Shown here: piece by piece, positions 55,528 through 64,000 of the stretch
Layout: each line of letters opens with the position of its first letter
Numbering within the stretch: position 1 is the stretch's first letter
NCBI GenBank assembly: GCA_025934435.1
Contig: JAICYB010000009.1
Location: forward strand, 9,724 to 73,723
Length of the DNA: 64,000 bases
DNA from: Actinomycetes bacterium
GTDB taxonomy: Bacteria; Actinomycetota; JAICYB01
Reading direction: 5' to 3'
Notes under the pieces: model-generated
Database searches by the model: none
What the model was told of the DNA's origin: nothing
The model's input: the letters and a program-made list of their open reading frames with translations, nothing else
Translations under genes and position numbers: made by a program

Positions 55528-56604
55528 CTAGCGAGAGGCGGTGCCGCGCATCGCGAGCAAGGGCACGAGCATCTCGCCGGGCGCGAGGCTTCCGTGCCCC
55601 GAAAGCAACTTGCTCTCCCCCGGATTGTCCGGATCGACGTAGCCCACGGGTTCGCTCGCGGCGAGCACCACGTCACCGATGCGGCGCCGCACCTCGGGCG
55701 ACGGCGCGACCGGACCGAACAGTCCCTCGTCGATCAACTGCTCACGCGTGAAGATCCAGGAGTGCGACGAGTAACGCTCCGCGCACGCCGCATGCAGTTC
55801 GGACGCCGCACCTTTCTTCGCATGCAGGTATCGGAAGCGGCTCTCTCCCGCTTGCGCCGCGATCAACCCGGACAACCCGTCGAGCTCCACGCGTTCGCGG
55901 AACTCGATGTGTCCGTGATCGGCCGTGACCACGACCGCGCATGAATCGGGCAGGACGGATGCGAGCTCGAGGACCATCGCTTCGCAGAACGCGACCTCAC
56001 GTGCGAAGAACTCGTCGCTCATGCCCTGCATGTGCGCGACGAGATCGGGGCCGTCGTAGTAGGAGTACACGAATCGTTCGCCGGCATCGATGAGCCGGCG
56101 GCAGTGCGCAGCGATGCCGGACGTCGAGAAGTAGCCGTGGAGCGGTGCGCCTCGGTACAGGATCTGCGTGAAGCCGGTGCCGGCGAACTGCGCGCGCGTG
56201 ACGACGGGGATCGGATCGGCATCGAACGCTTCGCGCGGTTGGAACGTGTCGGGGTCGGGGCCCTTGCCGCCGCCGTGCATCGCCCAGCGGATGACGTTCA
56301 AGACGCCGTCGCCCGTGTAGAGCCGGTAGCCCATCACGCCGTGCTGCGACGGCGGCAGGCCGGTCGAGATCGACGTGAGCGCCGTCGGCGTCGTCGACGG
56401 AAGAACACTCGTGATCGGTCCACCCTCCATCGAGGAGAACACCCCACGGGACGAAACGGCATTCCAACCGAGCCCATCGAGCACGAGGAGAACGACGGAC
56501 GTCGCCTCGCGTGCCGGAGCCGGCACCCACGGCGCGCGGGACCTGAGTCCGCGAACGATGTTCGCGATGCAAGCACCGCCGTACTCGGGCCGGACCATCT
56601 CCAT
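55528..56604 (-). CDS. Alkaline phosphatase superfamily (type I phosphodiesterase / nucleotide pyrophosphatase)
   Basis: LLVLDGLG, PSTTPTALTS, DLVAH, TADHGH, GHGSL...EM.VP; probable leaderless promoter TACCAT-7nt-ATG. Confidence 0.88.
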   Translation of the reverse strand: MEMVRPEYGGACIANIVRGLRSRAPWVPAPAREATSVVLLVLDGLGWNAVSSRGVFSSMEGGPITSVLPSTTPTALTSISTGLPPSQHGVMGYRLYTGDGVLNVIRWAMHGGGKGPDPDTFQPREAFDADPIPVVTRAQFAGTGFTQILYRGAPLHGYFSTSGIAAHCRRLIDAGERFVYSYYDGPDLVAHMQGMSDEFFAREVAFCEAMVLELASVLPDSCAVVVTADHGHIEFRERVELDGLSGLIAAQAGESRFRYLHAKKGAASELHAACAERYSSHSWIFTREQLIDEGLFGPVAPSPEVRRRIGDVVLAASEPVGYVDPDNPGESKLLSGHGSLAPGEMLVPLLAMRGTASR

Positions 56605-56637
56605 GCCGGTGATGGTACGTCGTGCGAACATGACGGC

Positions 56638-57411
56638 ATGCGGGTCGCGGGGATCGTGGTGCTAGTGCTGTGCGCGTCCGCGTGCACATCCAAGCTCGTA
56701 CGAACGGACGCAACGCCGAGGCCCATTGCGACGCGAAGCGTCGGGAGCGCCCTCGGAAACATCGGAAGCTCGGAACCCGCGGAAACGAACGACCTCGGCC
56801 GTGCGACGGACGCGCCGACGCGGTTCGTCCTCACAGTGACCGACCGCAATGGGATCCACCCGCCGGGGATCCCCGTGCAGATCACCGGGACGCTCACCGC
56901 GACGCGGCTCACCGACGCGAACGGGAAGGTCACCATCACCGAGCCGGGCGTCTATCGATTCACCGTCGCGACCGGGTGCGGCGCGAACACCCAGGTCTTC
57001 CTCGGTGTGACGGCGTCCGCGGGTGTTGCGTCCGGAAAACCGTCGAGCGGCGTCCTCAACATCGATTGGCGACACCGGTTCGTCCCCGCGCCGCCGGTGT
57101 TCTCCACTCCGGGTCCGCCGTGGCCCGTCGCGGGCAGCGTCACGCTGCAGTACAGCGTCATCGATCGGTGCGCGAACGACTTCGCGCCGAACGCCGACGT
57201 GTCCACGTTCCAGGTAGCCGGTGCTTCGTCCAACCTCAAGGTCACGAAGCCGCCGACGCCGAAGTCCGATTCGAAGCATCAGGCGTTCATGACGGTCACC
57301 TGTCTCGGCAAGGGGGACGTCGCGCTGAGGCTCGTCGATCGCTACAACCCGAAGGACGTCTTCGACGTCATCACGAACTCGGCCGACTACGAACCGCCGA
57401 GGTGCGGCTGA
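56638..57411 (+). CDS. Putative lipoprotein with Ig/carboxypeptidase-regulatory-like domains
   Basis: MRVAGIVVLVLCASAC lipobox; VTD.NG...G.PV...TDANG...PGVY beta-sandwich pattern. Confidence 0.65.
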   Translation: MRVAGIVVLVLCASACTSKLVRTDATPRPIATRSVGSALGNIGSSEPAETNDLGRATDAPTRFVLTVTDRNGIHPPGIPVQITGTLTATRLTDANGKVTITEPGVYRFTVATGCGANTQVFLGVTASAGVASGKPSSGVLNIDWRHRFVPAPPVFSTPGPPWPVAGSVTLQYSVIDRCANDFAPNADVSTFQVAGASSNLKVTKPPTPKSDSKHQAFMTVTCLGKGDVALRLVDRYNPKDVFDVITNSADYEPPRCG

Positions 57412-57444
57412 CGCTCTGAGGGCGCGCAGTACGCTGGCCGAAGG

Positions 57445-60366
57445 ATGGTCGTCGAAGCGGACGTCCAAGCTCTTGCGCTCCGCATCGCGCACGCCGGTTC
57501 GCGCGACCGCGCCCGCCTGTACCACCTGAGCTTCTGGACCGATCGCCTCCTGCAATGGGCGATGTCCCACCCTGAGTTCCGGACGCAACTCTTCCGTTTC
57601 GTCGACGTCTTCCCGGCCTGCGTCGACGACGCCGACGTTGTCCGTCACGTCGAGGAGTACTTCGCGGGGATCGATCTGCCGACGTCACTCGATCTCGGGA
57701 TGGAAGCCGCCGAGCACATCCCCTTCGGAAGGAAGATCGAGGCCGCCGTCACGCGGCGCAACATCCGTCGCATGGCGCGTCAGTTCATCGCCGGCGAAAC
57801 GCCGCACGACGCGCTCCCGCGTCTACGCGAACTGTGGCGTTCGGGCGAAGCCGCGACCGTCGATCTCCTCGGCGAGAAGACCATCACGTCGGACGAAGCC
57901 GCCGCCTATACGCGCCGCGTGCACGAACTGCTCGACGTCCTCGCCCGCGATGCGACCCAGTGGCCCGAGGACGCCCATCTCGAACGCGATCCGTGGGGCA
58001 TCGTCCCCAAGGTGAACGTGTCGGTGAAGCCGACGGCGCTCGCGCCGCGCTACGCTCCGCTCACCGCCGAAGCCGGTTTGGACGAAGCCCTCACGCAGAT
58101 GCGAGCGATCTGCGAACACGCTCGCGACATCGGCGCCGCCGTGTATCTCGACATGGAGAGTTACGACTCGAAGGATCTGACGCTCGAGCTCCTGCGACGG
58201 ATCGGACGGGAGTTCAAAGACGGCCCTTCGATCGGCGCGGTCGTGCAGGCCTACACCAAGGATTCGTATCGCGATATCGAGGCGCTGATCGCATGGGCGC
58301 GATCGACGATGCGTATCCCGCTGAACGTCCGGCTGGTCAAAGGCGCGTACTGGGACTACGAAACCATCACGGCCGCGGCGCACGGCTGGGCATCGCCGGT
58401 CTTCGAGCGTAAGAACGAAACGGATGCGAACTACGAACGTTGCACCGAGTTGCTGCTCGAACACGCGGGGATCGTCCGGCCGGCATTCGCGACGCACAAC
58501 CTGCGCTCGATCGCGTACGCGATCACGGCAGCGAAGGAGCGCGGACTCCACGACACGGCCATCGAGATCCAGCTGCTGTACGGGATGGCCGAGCCGATCC
58601 ACGCCGCGCTGCGCCGTCTCGGGATGCGCGTGCGCGCGTACGCGCCCATCGGTGAGCTCGTCCCCGGGATGGCGTATCTCGTGCGACGGCTGCTCGAGAA
58701 CACGGCGAACGAGTCGTTCCTTCGCCAGACCTACGCCGAAGCTCGCGAGCTCGCCGAGACCATCAAGCCGCCGGGGGTCGAGCGCTTCGCCGGCCCGGAC
58801 GAACCGCCGCCACCCGGCGACAACGAACCCGTGGCCGAGTTCCGCAAGGCGGCGGTCCGGAAACGTTTCGCCGCCGCACTCGGACGCACGCGCGAGCTCT
58901 CCGCTCCGACGATCATCGACGGCGCTCGCGTGTCGACGGCCGACGAGATCGTGTCCGTCGATCCGTCCGATCCGTCCCGCATCATCTGTCGCGCCGGACG
59001 AACCACCACCGCGCAAGCCGATGAAGCGATCGAGATCGCCAAACGCGCACAGCCGGAGTGGGCGGCCACGCCGGTTGAAAGACGCGCCGCCGTCCTGCGT
59101 GAAGCCGCAGCGATCATGCGTGCGCAACGCGACGACCTCGCCGCGCTCGAAGTCGCGGAGGCCGGCAAGCCGTGGGCCCAAGCCGATGCCGACGTCTGCG
59201 AAGCGATCGACTTCTGCGAGTACTACGCGGACGAAGCCCTCCGCCAGGGCGAGCGTGCGCACATCGGCCAGGCCCCCGGCGAGCACAACACCTACCGCTA
59301 CGAGCCGCGCGGCCTCACCGCCGTCATCTCACCGTGGAACTTCCCGCTCGCGATCCCGTGCGGGATGGTCTCGGCGCCGCTCGCCTGCGGGAACGCCGTG
59401 CTGTTCAAGCCGGCCGAGCAGACGCCGGGCATCGCGTTCCGTCTCGTCGAGATCCTGTATGAGGCGGGCGCACCGCCCGGGGTGCTCGCGTTCCTACCCG
59501 GCGTCGGCGAAGAGGTCGGTGCGCACATCGCCGAACACCCGGAGGTCGCGACGATCAACTTCACCGGATCGAGGGACGTCGGGCTGCACATCGTGCAGCA
59601 GGCGGCCATCCCGCGACCCGGACAACGATTCGTGAAGCGCGTCATCGCGGAGATGGGCGGGAAGAACGCGATCATCGTCGACACCGACGCCGATCTTGAC
59701 GTCGCGGTTCCGTCCATCGTCGACAGCGCGTTCGGCTACGCCGGACAGAAGTGCTCGGCGGCGTCGCGCGTCATCGCCGTCGGACCGATCTTCGACGCAC
59801 TCCTCGACCGTCTCGTCGGCGCGACGAAGCTGATCGCCGTCGGTGATCCGCGCGATCCCGGAACGGTGGTCGGTCCCTTGATCGACGAAGACGCGTACAA
59901 ACGCGTACGGCGCTATCAAGATCAGGCCGAGCACGTCGTGCTGCGACGCGATGATGTTCCGTCCACGGGCTATTTCGTCGGGCCGATGATCGCCGTGACG
60001 GACGACCCGTCCGCGCCGATCGCCACAGAGGAGATCTTCGGTCCCGTCCTCGTTGCTTTGCGCGCCGACGACTTCCACCACGCGATCGAGCTCGCGAACG
60101 TCCCGCCGTACGCGCTCACCGGCGGCGTCTTCTCGCGATCCCCGTCGCGTATACGGCAGGCCACGAGGACGATGCGCGCCGGCAACCTCTACATCAATAG
60201 AGGTATCACCGGCGCGCTCGTCGGACGGCAGCCCTTCGGCGGCTTCGGTCTGTCCGGCGTGGGGTCGAAGGCCGGCGGGCCCGACTATCTCGCGCAGTTC
60301 TGCGACCCGCGCGTCGTGACGGAGAACACGATCCGGCAGGGGTTCGCACCACCGGAGTCACCGTAG
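57445..60366 (+). CDS. putA: Bifunctional proline dehydrogenase / P5C dehydrogenase
   Basis: QLFRFVDVFP, VDLLGE, LDME, RLVKGAYW, ATHN, YLVRRLLEN; ALDH half ISPWNFP, FTGS, EMGGKN, GQKCSA, EEIFGP, GNLYINR. Confidence 0.95.
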   Translation: MVVEADVQALALRIAHAGSRDRARLYHLSFWTDRLLQWAMSHPEFRTQLFRFVDVFPACVDDADVVRHVEEYFAGIDLPTSLDLGMEAAEHIPFGRKIEAAVTRRNIRRMARQFIAGETPHDALPRLRELWRSGEAATVDLLGEKTITSDEAAAYTRRVHELLDVLARDATQWPEDAHLERDPWGIVPKVNVSVKPTALAPRYAPLTAEAGLDEALTQMRAICEHARDIGAAVYLDMESYDSKDLTLELLRRIGREFKDGPSIGAVVQAYTKDSYRDIEALIAWARSTMRIPLNVRLVKGAYWDYETITAAAHGWASPVFERKNETDANYERCTELLLEHAGIVRPAFATHNLRSIAYAITAAKERGLHDTAIEIQLLYGMAEPIHAALRRLGMRVRAYAPIGELVPGMAYLVRRLLENTANESFLRQTYAEARELAETIKPPGVERFAGPDEPPPPGDNEPVAEFRKAAVRKRFAAALGRTRELSAPTIIDGARVSTADEIVSVDPSDPSRIICRAGRTTTAQADEAIEIAKRAQPEWAATPVERRAAVLREAAAIMRAQRDDLAALEVAEAGKPWAQADADVCEAIDFCEYYADEALRQGERAHIGQAPGEHNTYRYEPRGLTAVISPWNFPLAIPCGMVSAPLACGNAVLFKPAEQTPGIAFRLVEILYEAGAPPGVLAFLPGVGEEVGAHIAEHPEVATINFTGSRDVGLHIVQQAAIPRPGQRFVKRVIAEMGGKNAIIVDTDADLDVAVPSIVDSAFGYAGQKCSAASRVIAVGPIFDALLDRLVGATKLIAVGDPRDPGTVVGPLIDEDAYKRVRRYQDQAEHVVLRRDDVPSTGYFVGPMIAVTDDPSAPIATEEIFGPVLVALRADDFHHAIELANVPPYALTGGVFSRSPSRIRQATRTMRAGNLYINRGITGALVGRQPFGGFGLSGVGSKAGGPDYLAQFCDPRVVTENTIRQGFAPPESP

Positions 60367-60387
60367 CTCTCGTAGATTGGCTGCGTC

Positions 60388-61773
60388 GTGAAGACAGAAG
60401 ACCGGACGAACCGTTCCGGCGCTCGTCGAGCCGCATTCATCACGGTTTGGTGGATCGCCGGCATCGCGCTGGCGAAACTTGTCGTCGGCCTCCTCACGGG
60501 GTCGGTCGCCGTCATCGGCGATGCACTGCACTCGGTGATCGATGTCGCGGCCGCACTGCTGACATTCGCCGCGGTCCGTCTGGCGACCAAGCCGCCCGAC
60601 GCGAACCATCCCTTCGGGCACGGTCGCGCCGAGAACCTCGCCGCCCTCGGCGAAGCGATCCTCATGTTCTTCGTCGGGATCGGCGTGCTGATCGAAGCGG
60701 TGCACAAGCTCGTCTCGCATGCCGCCGTCGAGGCGCCGGCGTATCTCTTCATCGTCATGGGCGGTGCGACGCTCGCGAGCGCGTACCGCGCGCATCAGCT
60801 GCGGAAGGCGGCTTCGGAATACTCGTCCCCCGCGCTCGAAGCGGACGCCACGAACATCACCGCCGACATCTTCGAATCCCTCGCTGTGATCGTGGGTCTC
60901 GGCGCTGCGCGCCTCGGCTTCCCGGCCGGCGATCCGATCGCCGCGATCCTCGTCGTCGCAACGATGTGGGCGATGTCCGTCCGGATCGGTCTGCAGGCGG
61001 TGCATGTCCTGATGGACAAAGCGCCGGAAGATCTCACAGAACGCCTCACGCACGCGGCCGCGGGTGTCGCCGGAGTCGTCGACGTCGGTGACCTTCGGAT
61101 CCGCCAAGCCGGAGCGGATGTCCACGCGGAAGTCACAGTCCGTGTCGGACGAACCTCTTCCGTCGAACGCTCACACGAGATCACCGAAGCGATCGAAGAA
61201 GCCGTTGCGAATGAAGTTCCCGGTGCGACGGCGACCGTGCACGTCGAGCCGAGCGGCGCGGGGGAGGACATCGTCGCGCGCACGTTCGCGGCGGCGAACC
61301 GCATCGGCATGGCCGATCAGGTGCACAACGTCCTCGCGATCAATCATCCGGAAGGGACGTGGCTGATGCTCCACGCCAAGGTCCCGCCGTGGACGCCCCT
61401 CCGCGACGCGCACGACATCACCGACGCGCTCGAAGCCGAGCTCCGGCGAGAGATCGATGGCGTCGCGCGCGTCGAGATCCATATCGAGCCGCACGAGCTC
61501 CAGGCGCTCCGCGGGAAGGCCACGCGCAACCGCGGTCTCGAGGCCGCCGTGCGGGCGATCGCCGACCGCCATCCGCCGATCACGCGCTGCCACGAGGTCG
61601 CCGTCAGCGAAGCCGAGGACGGGATCCACCTCGTCCTGCACTGCGAGGCGCCCCCCGATACGTCCATCGCCGATGTCCACGACGCGTCTCTCGCGGTCGA
61701 GTCGGCGATCCACGAGTCGTTCCCAGACGTGCGCACGGTGACGGTCCATTTCGAGCCGGAAACGTTAACCTGA
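60388..61773 (+). CDS. Cation diffusion facilitator with three tandem C-terminal dimerisation domains
   Basis: GSVAVIGDALHSVID, KPPDANHPFGHGRAE, DP..A; three CTD units ending VHVEP, IHIEP and VHFEP. Confidence 0.9.
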   Translation: MKTEDRTNRSGARRAAFITVWWIAGIALAKLVVGLLTGSVAVIGDALHSVIDVAAALLTFAAVRLATKPPDANHPFGHGRAENLAALGEAILMFFVGIGVLIEAVHKLVSHAAVEAPAYLFIVMGGATLASAYRAHQLRKAASEYSSPALEADATNITADIFESLAVIVGLGAARLGFPAGDPIAAILVVATMWAMSVRIGLQAVHVLMDKAPEDLTERLTHAAAGVAGVVDVGDLRIRQAGADVHAEVTVRVGRTSSVERSHEITEAIEEAVANEVPGATATVHVEPSGAGEDIVARTFAAANRIGMADQVHNVLAINHPEGTWLMLHAKVPPWTPLRDAHDITDALEAELRREIDGVARVEIHIEPHELQALRGKATRNRGLEAAVRAIADRHPPITRCHEVAVSEAEDGIHLVLHCEAPPDTSIADVHDASLAVESAIHESFPDVRTVTVHFEPETLT

Positions 61774-61780
61774 GCGGACC

Positions 61781-62941
61781 GTGATCAAGACGTATCGCCG
61801 GATCCCGGCCGATCCCGCCGAGTGGTTCGAGCCGGCCGAAGTCGCGAAAGCGAAGGAGTATCAGCGCCCGCTCACCGTGGCGCGCGCGATCTCCCTTGCG
61901 ATCAACGCGGCCTTCCTCGCGGCGATCATCTTCACGCACGCCGCGCCACGTTTCGCGGACGTGTTCTCGAAGTCGTCGTGGATCGTCCGTCTCTTCGCCG
62001 TCGTTATCGGCTTCACCGTGGTCGGTGGGTTGATCGACGTCCCGATCTCCGTGTGGACGACGTTCTCGCATGAGAAGAAGTGGGGGTTCTCGACCGAAAC
62101 GCCGGGTGGGTTCGTCGCCGATCAGCTGAAGGGACTCGTCCTCGGTCTCGTCCTGCAGATCCCGCTGTTCCTCGGAACGTGGGCGTTCATCCGTTGGACG
62201 AAGCTCTGGTGGATCTACGGCTGGGCCACGTTCTTCTTCTTCACCGGTTTGCTGGCGTTCCTCTATCCGATCCTGATCGCGCCGATCTTCAACAAGTTCA
62301 CGCCGCTCACCGACGAATCACTCGGGACGAAGCTCACGGCACTCGCGAACGCACAAGGGATGCGGATCAAGTCGATCGAAGTGATGGACGCATCGAAGCG
62401 AACGCGTAAGGACAACGCGTACTTCTCGGGATTCGGGAAGACCAAGCAGATCGTTCTCTTCGACAACCTCTTGTCGCAGTCTCACGACGTGATCGCGAGC
62501 ATCGTCGGACACGAGATCGGCCACTGGAAGCGCCGTCATCTCGTGACGGCATTGCTGAGCGCGGCGGTGACGACGTTCTTGCTGTTCGTCGCCCTCCGAT
62601 TCCTGCTGACGTGGACGACGCTCTTGCACTGGGCCGGCGTTTCCAGCATCAAGGACCCCGCGGCGATCCCGATCCTGATCGTCGGATTCGCGGTCTGCTT
62701 CCCGGTCCTCGGACTGTTCAGCTCGTGGCTGTCGCGTGCGCATGAACGACAGGCTGACCTGTTCGCGCTCGATGTGACCGACGACTACGACGCATTCGTC
62801 GAGACCGAGCACGGCCTGTCGACACGCAACCTCATCGATCTCGCACCGTCGTGGTGGCGGTACGTCCGGCTGAGCCACCCGCCACCCGCGGAACGCCTCG
62901 AACTCGGGAAACTGTGGAAAGCTGGTCGCGCGACCGTATGA
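61781..62941 (+). CDS. M48 family (Ste24-like) membrane metalloprotease
   Basis: PIFNKFTPL, DASKRT..NAYFSG, HEIGH, SRAHERQAD, SHPP..ER. Confidence 0.92.
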   Translation: MIKTYRRIPADPAEWFEPAEVAKAKEYQRPLTVARAISLAINAAFLAAIIFTHAAPRFADVFSKSSWIVRLFAVVIGFTVVGGLIDVPISVWTTFSHEKKWGFSTETPGGFVADQLKGLVLGLVLQIPLFLGTWAFIRWTKLWWIYGWATFFFFTGLLAFLYPILIAPIFNKFTPLTDESLGTKLTALANAQGMRIKSIEVMDASKRTRKDNAYFSGFGKTKQIVLFDNLLSQSHDVIASIVGHEIGHWKRRHLVTALLSAAVTTFLLFVALRFLLTWTTLLHWAGVSSIKDPAAIPILIVGFAVCFPVLGLFSSWLSRAHERQADLFALDVTDDYDAFVETEHGLSTRNLIDLAPSWWRYVRLSHPPPAERLELGKLWKAGRATV

Positions 62942-63900
62942 CCACCACGATGCAGCCTCCCGTGAAGCGCAAGCGGCGCCGCAGCGCCGTCGAACGCGTT
63001 GTGTACGCGATCGGGATCGTCGGACGACTCTTCGTGATATCCGGTCTCCTGCTGCTCTTCTTCACGGCATACCTGCTGTGGGGAACCGGCGTGTATACGC
63101 ATCAGCAGCAGAACAAAGCGAAGAACACGCTCGCGACGAAGTCGATCGTCAGTGAGGATCAGCTTGCGAAGGGCGGGAAGATCCCGCCCGGACGTCCGAA
63201 GGTGCAGCCCAAGCTCTCCGAGCCGCTGTTCGAGATCAAGATCCCGAAGATCGCGCTCGACGCGGCGGTTGTGTACGGCGTCGGTGTCGACCAGTTGAAG
63301 CTCGGTCCGGGACTGTTCCCGGACTGCAAGGCGGTCGCAGGGAGCGTCGGTCCGGGTGAATGCACGGACGGTGCGCTCTATCCCGGGGAGAACGGCAACG
63401 TCGCGATCTCGGGACACCGCACGACGTACCTCGCGCCGTTCTGGAACCTCAACCAGCTGCAGAAGGGCGACACGATCGACCTCGTGTCCGGACGCGTCCG
63501 TTACCGCTACCGCGTCCGGAGTGAAGAAGTCGTGGATCCCACGGCCGGGTTCAGCGTCGTCGAGCAACACGGACGCGCCGAGCTCACGCTGACGACTTGC
63601 AACCCGCGGTTCTCGGCGACGCAGCGTCTGATCGCGCATGCCGATTACATCGGTCCTTCCCTCGTCGCCGCAGCGCCGGGTGCCAACGGACCGAACAACA
63701 GCCGCAGCACCAAGGCGCAGTTCGGGATGGACGTCATCGCCCTGGCCGCGCTTGCCGTGGCGTGCGCACTGGGTTCCCTGGCGCTCTCGAAGCGCTACAC
63801 GCGCCTCGCGACGTACATGGCGGTGACGATCATCGGGTCCATCGGCATCTGGGTCGTCGTCTTCCCGCGCGTCGTGGCGATGCTCCCCTCGAACTACTAG
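62938..63900 (+). CDS. Class E sortase with two extra C-terminal TM segments
   Basis: ATGA overlap; N-terminal TM, IPKI, LKLGPG, ISGHRTTY.APF, LTLTTCNP, QRLI (His/Cys/Arg triad). Confidence 0.9.
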   Translation: MTTTMQPPVKRKRRRSAVERVVYAIGIVGRLFVISGLLLLFFTAYLLWGTGVYTHQQQNKAKNTLATKSIVSEDQLAKGGKIPPGRPKVQPKLSEPLFEIKIPKIALDAAVVYGVGVDQLKLGPGLFPDCKAVAGSVGPGECTDGALYPGENGNVAISGHRTTYLAPFWNLNQLQKGDTIDLVSGRVRYRYRVRSEEVVDPTAGFSVVEQHGRAELTLTTCNPRFSATQRLIAHADYIGPSLVAAAPGANGPNNSRSTKAQFGMDVIALAALAVACALGSLALSKRYTRLATYMAVTIIGSIGIWVVVFPRVVAMLPSNY

Positions 63901-63913
63901 TAGGAATCGCCCG

Positions 63914-63933
63914 GCAACCGCGCGGGTTGCTTT
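63914..63933 (+). terminator. Possible intrinsic terminator after the sortase
   Basis: GCAACC-gcgcg-GGTTGC followed by TTT; short U-tract. Confidence 0.4.
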
Positions 63934-64000
63934 CGAGTGAACGGAACGCTCGTCTCCCCCCGCCCGGGTATCCTCGACTTTCCAGAGCCTATGGCGACCG

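Noticed and set aside
10225-57411. Apparent long N-terminal extensions or fusions in the ORF track (10225, 14128, 19919, 21275, 23790, 26256, 27470, 30540, 44006, 53044, 56032)
   Set aside because: The extensions are Arg/Pro-rich off-frame or antisense read-through of neighbouring genes. Family motifs start at downstream codons with an RBS or stop/start overlap.
27826-59635. Long alternative-frame or antisense ORFs (e.g. 27826-29187, 34759-36819, 48331-50295, 57823-59286)
   Set aside because: Shadow ORFs expected in high-GC DNA. They overlap well-supported genes and have no recognisable motifs.
63991-64000. Possible gene start ATGGCGACCG at the window edge
   Set aside because: Only 10 nt are visible, so it cannot be supported.

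Overview
Gene-dense, high-GC 64 kb chromosomal window from a mycothiol-using Actinomycetota bacterium (mca, a mycothiol-dependent DinB-type enzyme, LigC and a class E sortase; exact lineage not determinable here). About 59 CDS are supported. Most encode lipid/xenobiotic catabolism (four acyl-CoA synthetases, two P450s, CoA-transferase, enoyl-CoA hydratase, NMO-family flavoprotein, hydrolases), transporters, DNA repair (LigC, Fpg/Nei, AlkA-type glycosylase), tricorn protease and PutA. I saw no rRNA, tRNA, CRISPR array, integrase or transposase. Most notable: (1) a split, order-reversed version of the cyanobacterial ArgZ/AgrE arginine dihydrolase/ornithine cyclodeaminase (22450-24473), with PutA 33 kb away, suggesting an Arg->Orn->Pro->Glu route; (2) an atypical block at about 2.3-7.3 kb with a tandem TetR-like protein, a CHAP-repeat-PKD peptidoglycan hydrolase, twin controller-like XRE genes each preceded by a conserved 31-bp box, and a stand-alone ComM/ChlI N-terminal-like domain; (3) several unusual architectures: an MFS with an extra TM-domain-TM tail, a CDF with three C-terminal domains and Asn at metal site A, a probable CTG-initiated sulfatase, a symmetric bidirectional leaderless promoter, and an unannotated 45-aa membrane peptide. 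All family calls rest on motif recognition by eye, not database searches. Start sites were re-picked manually where the ORF track over-extends.
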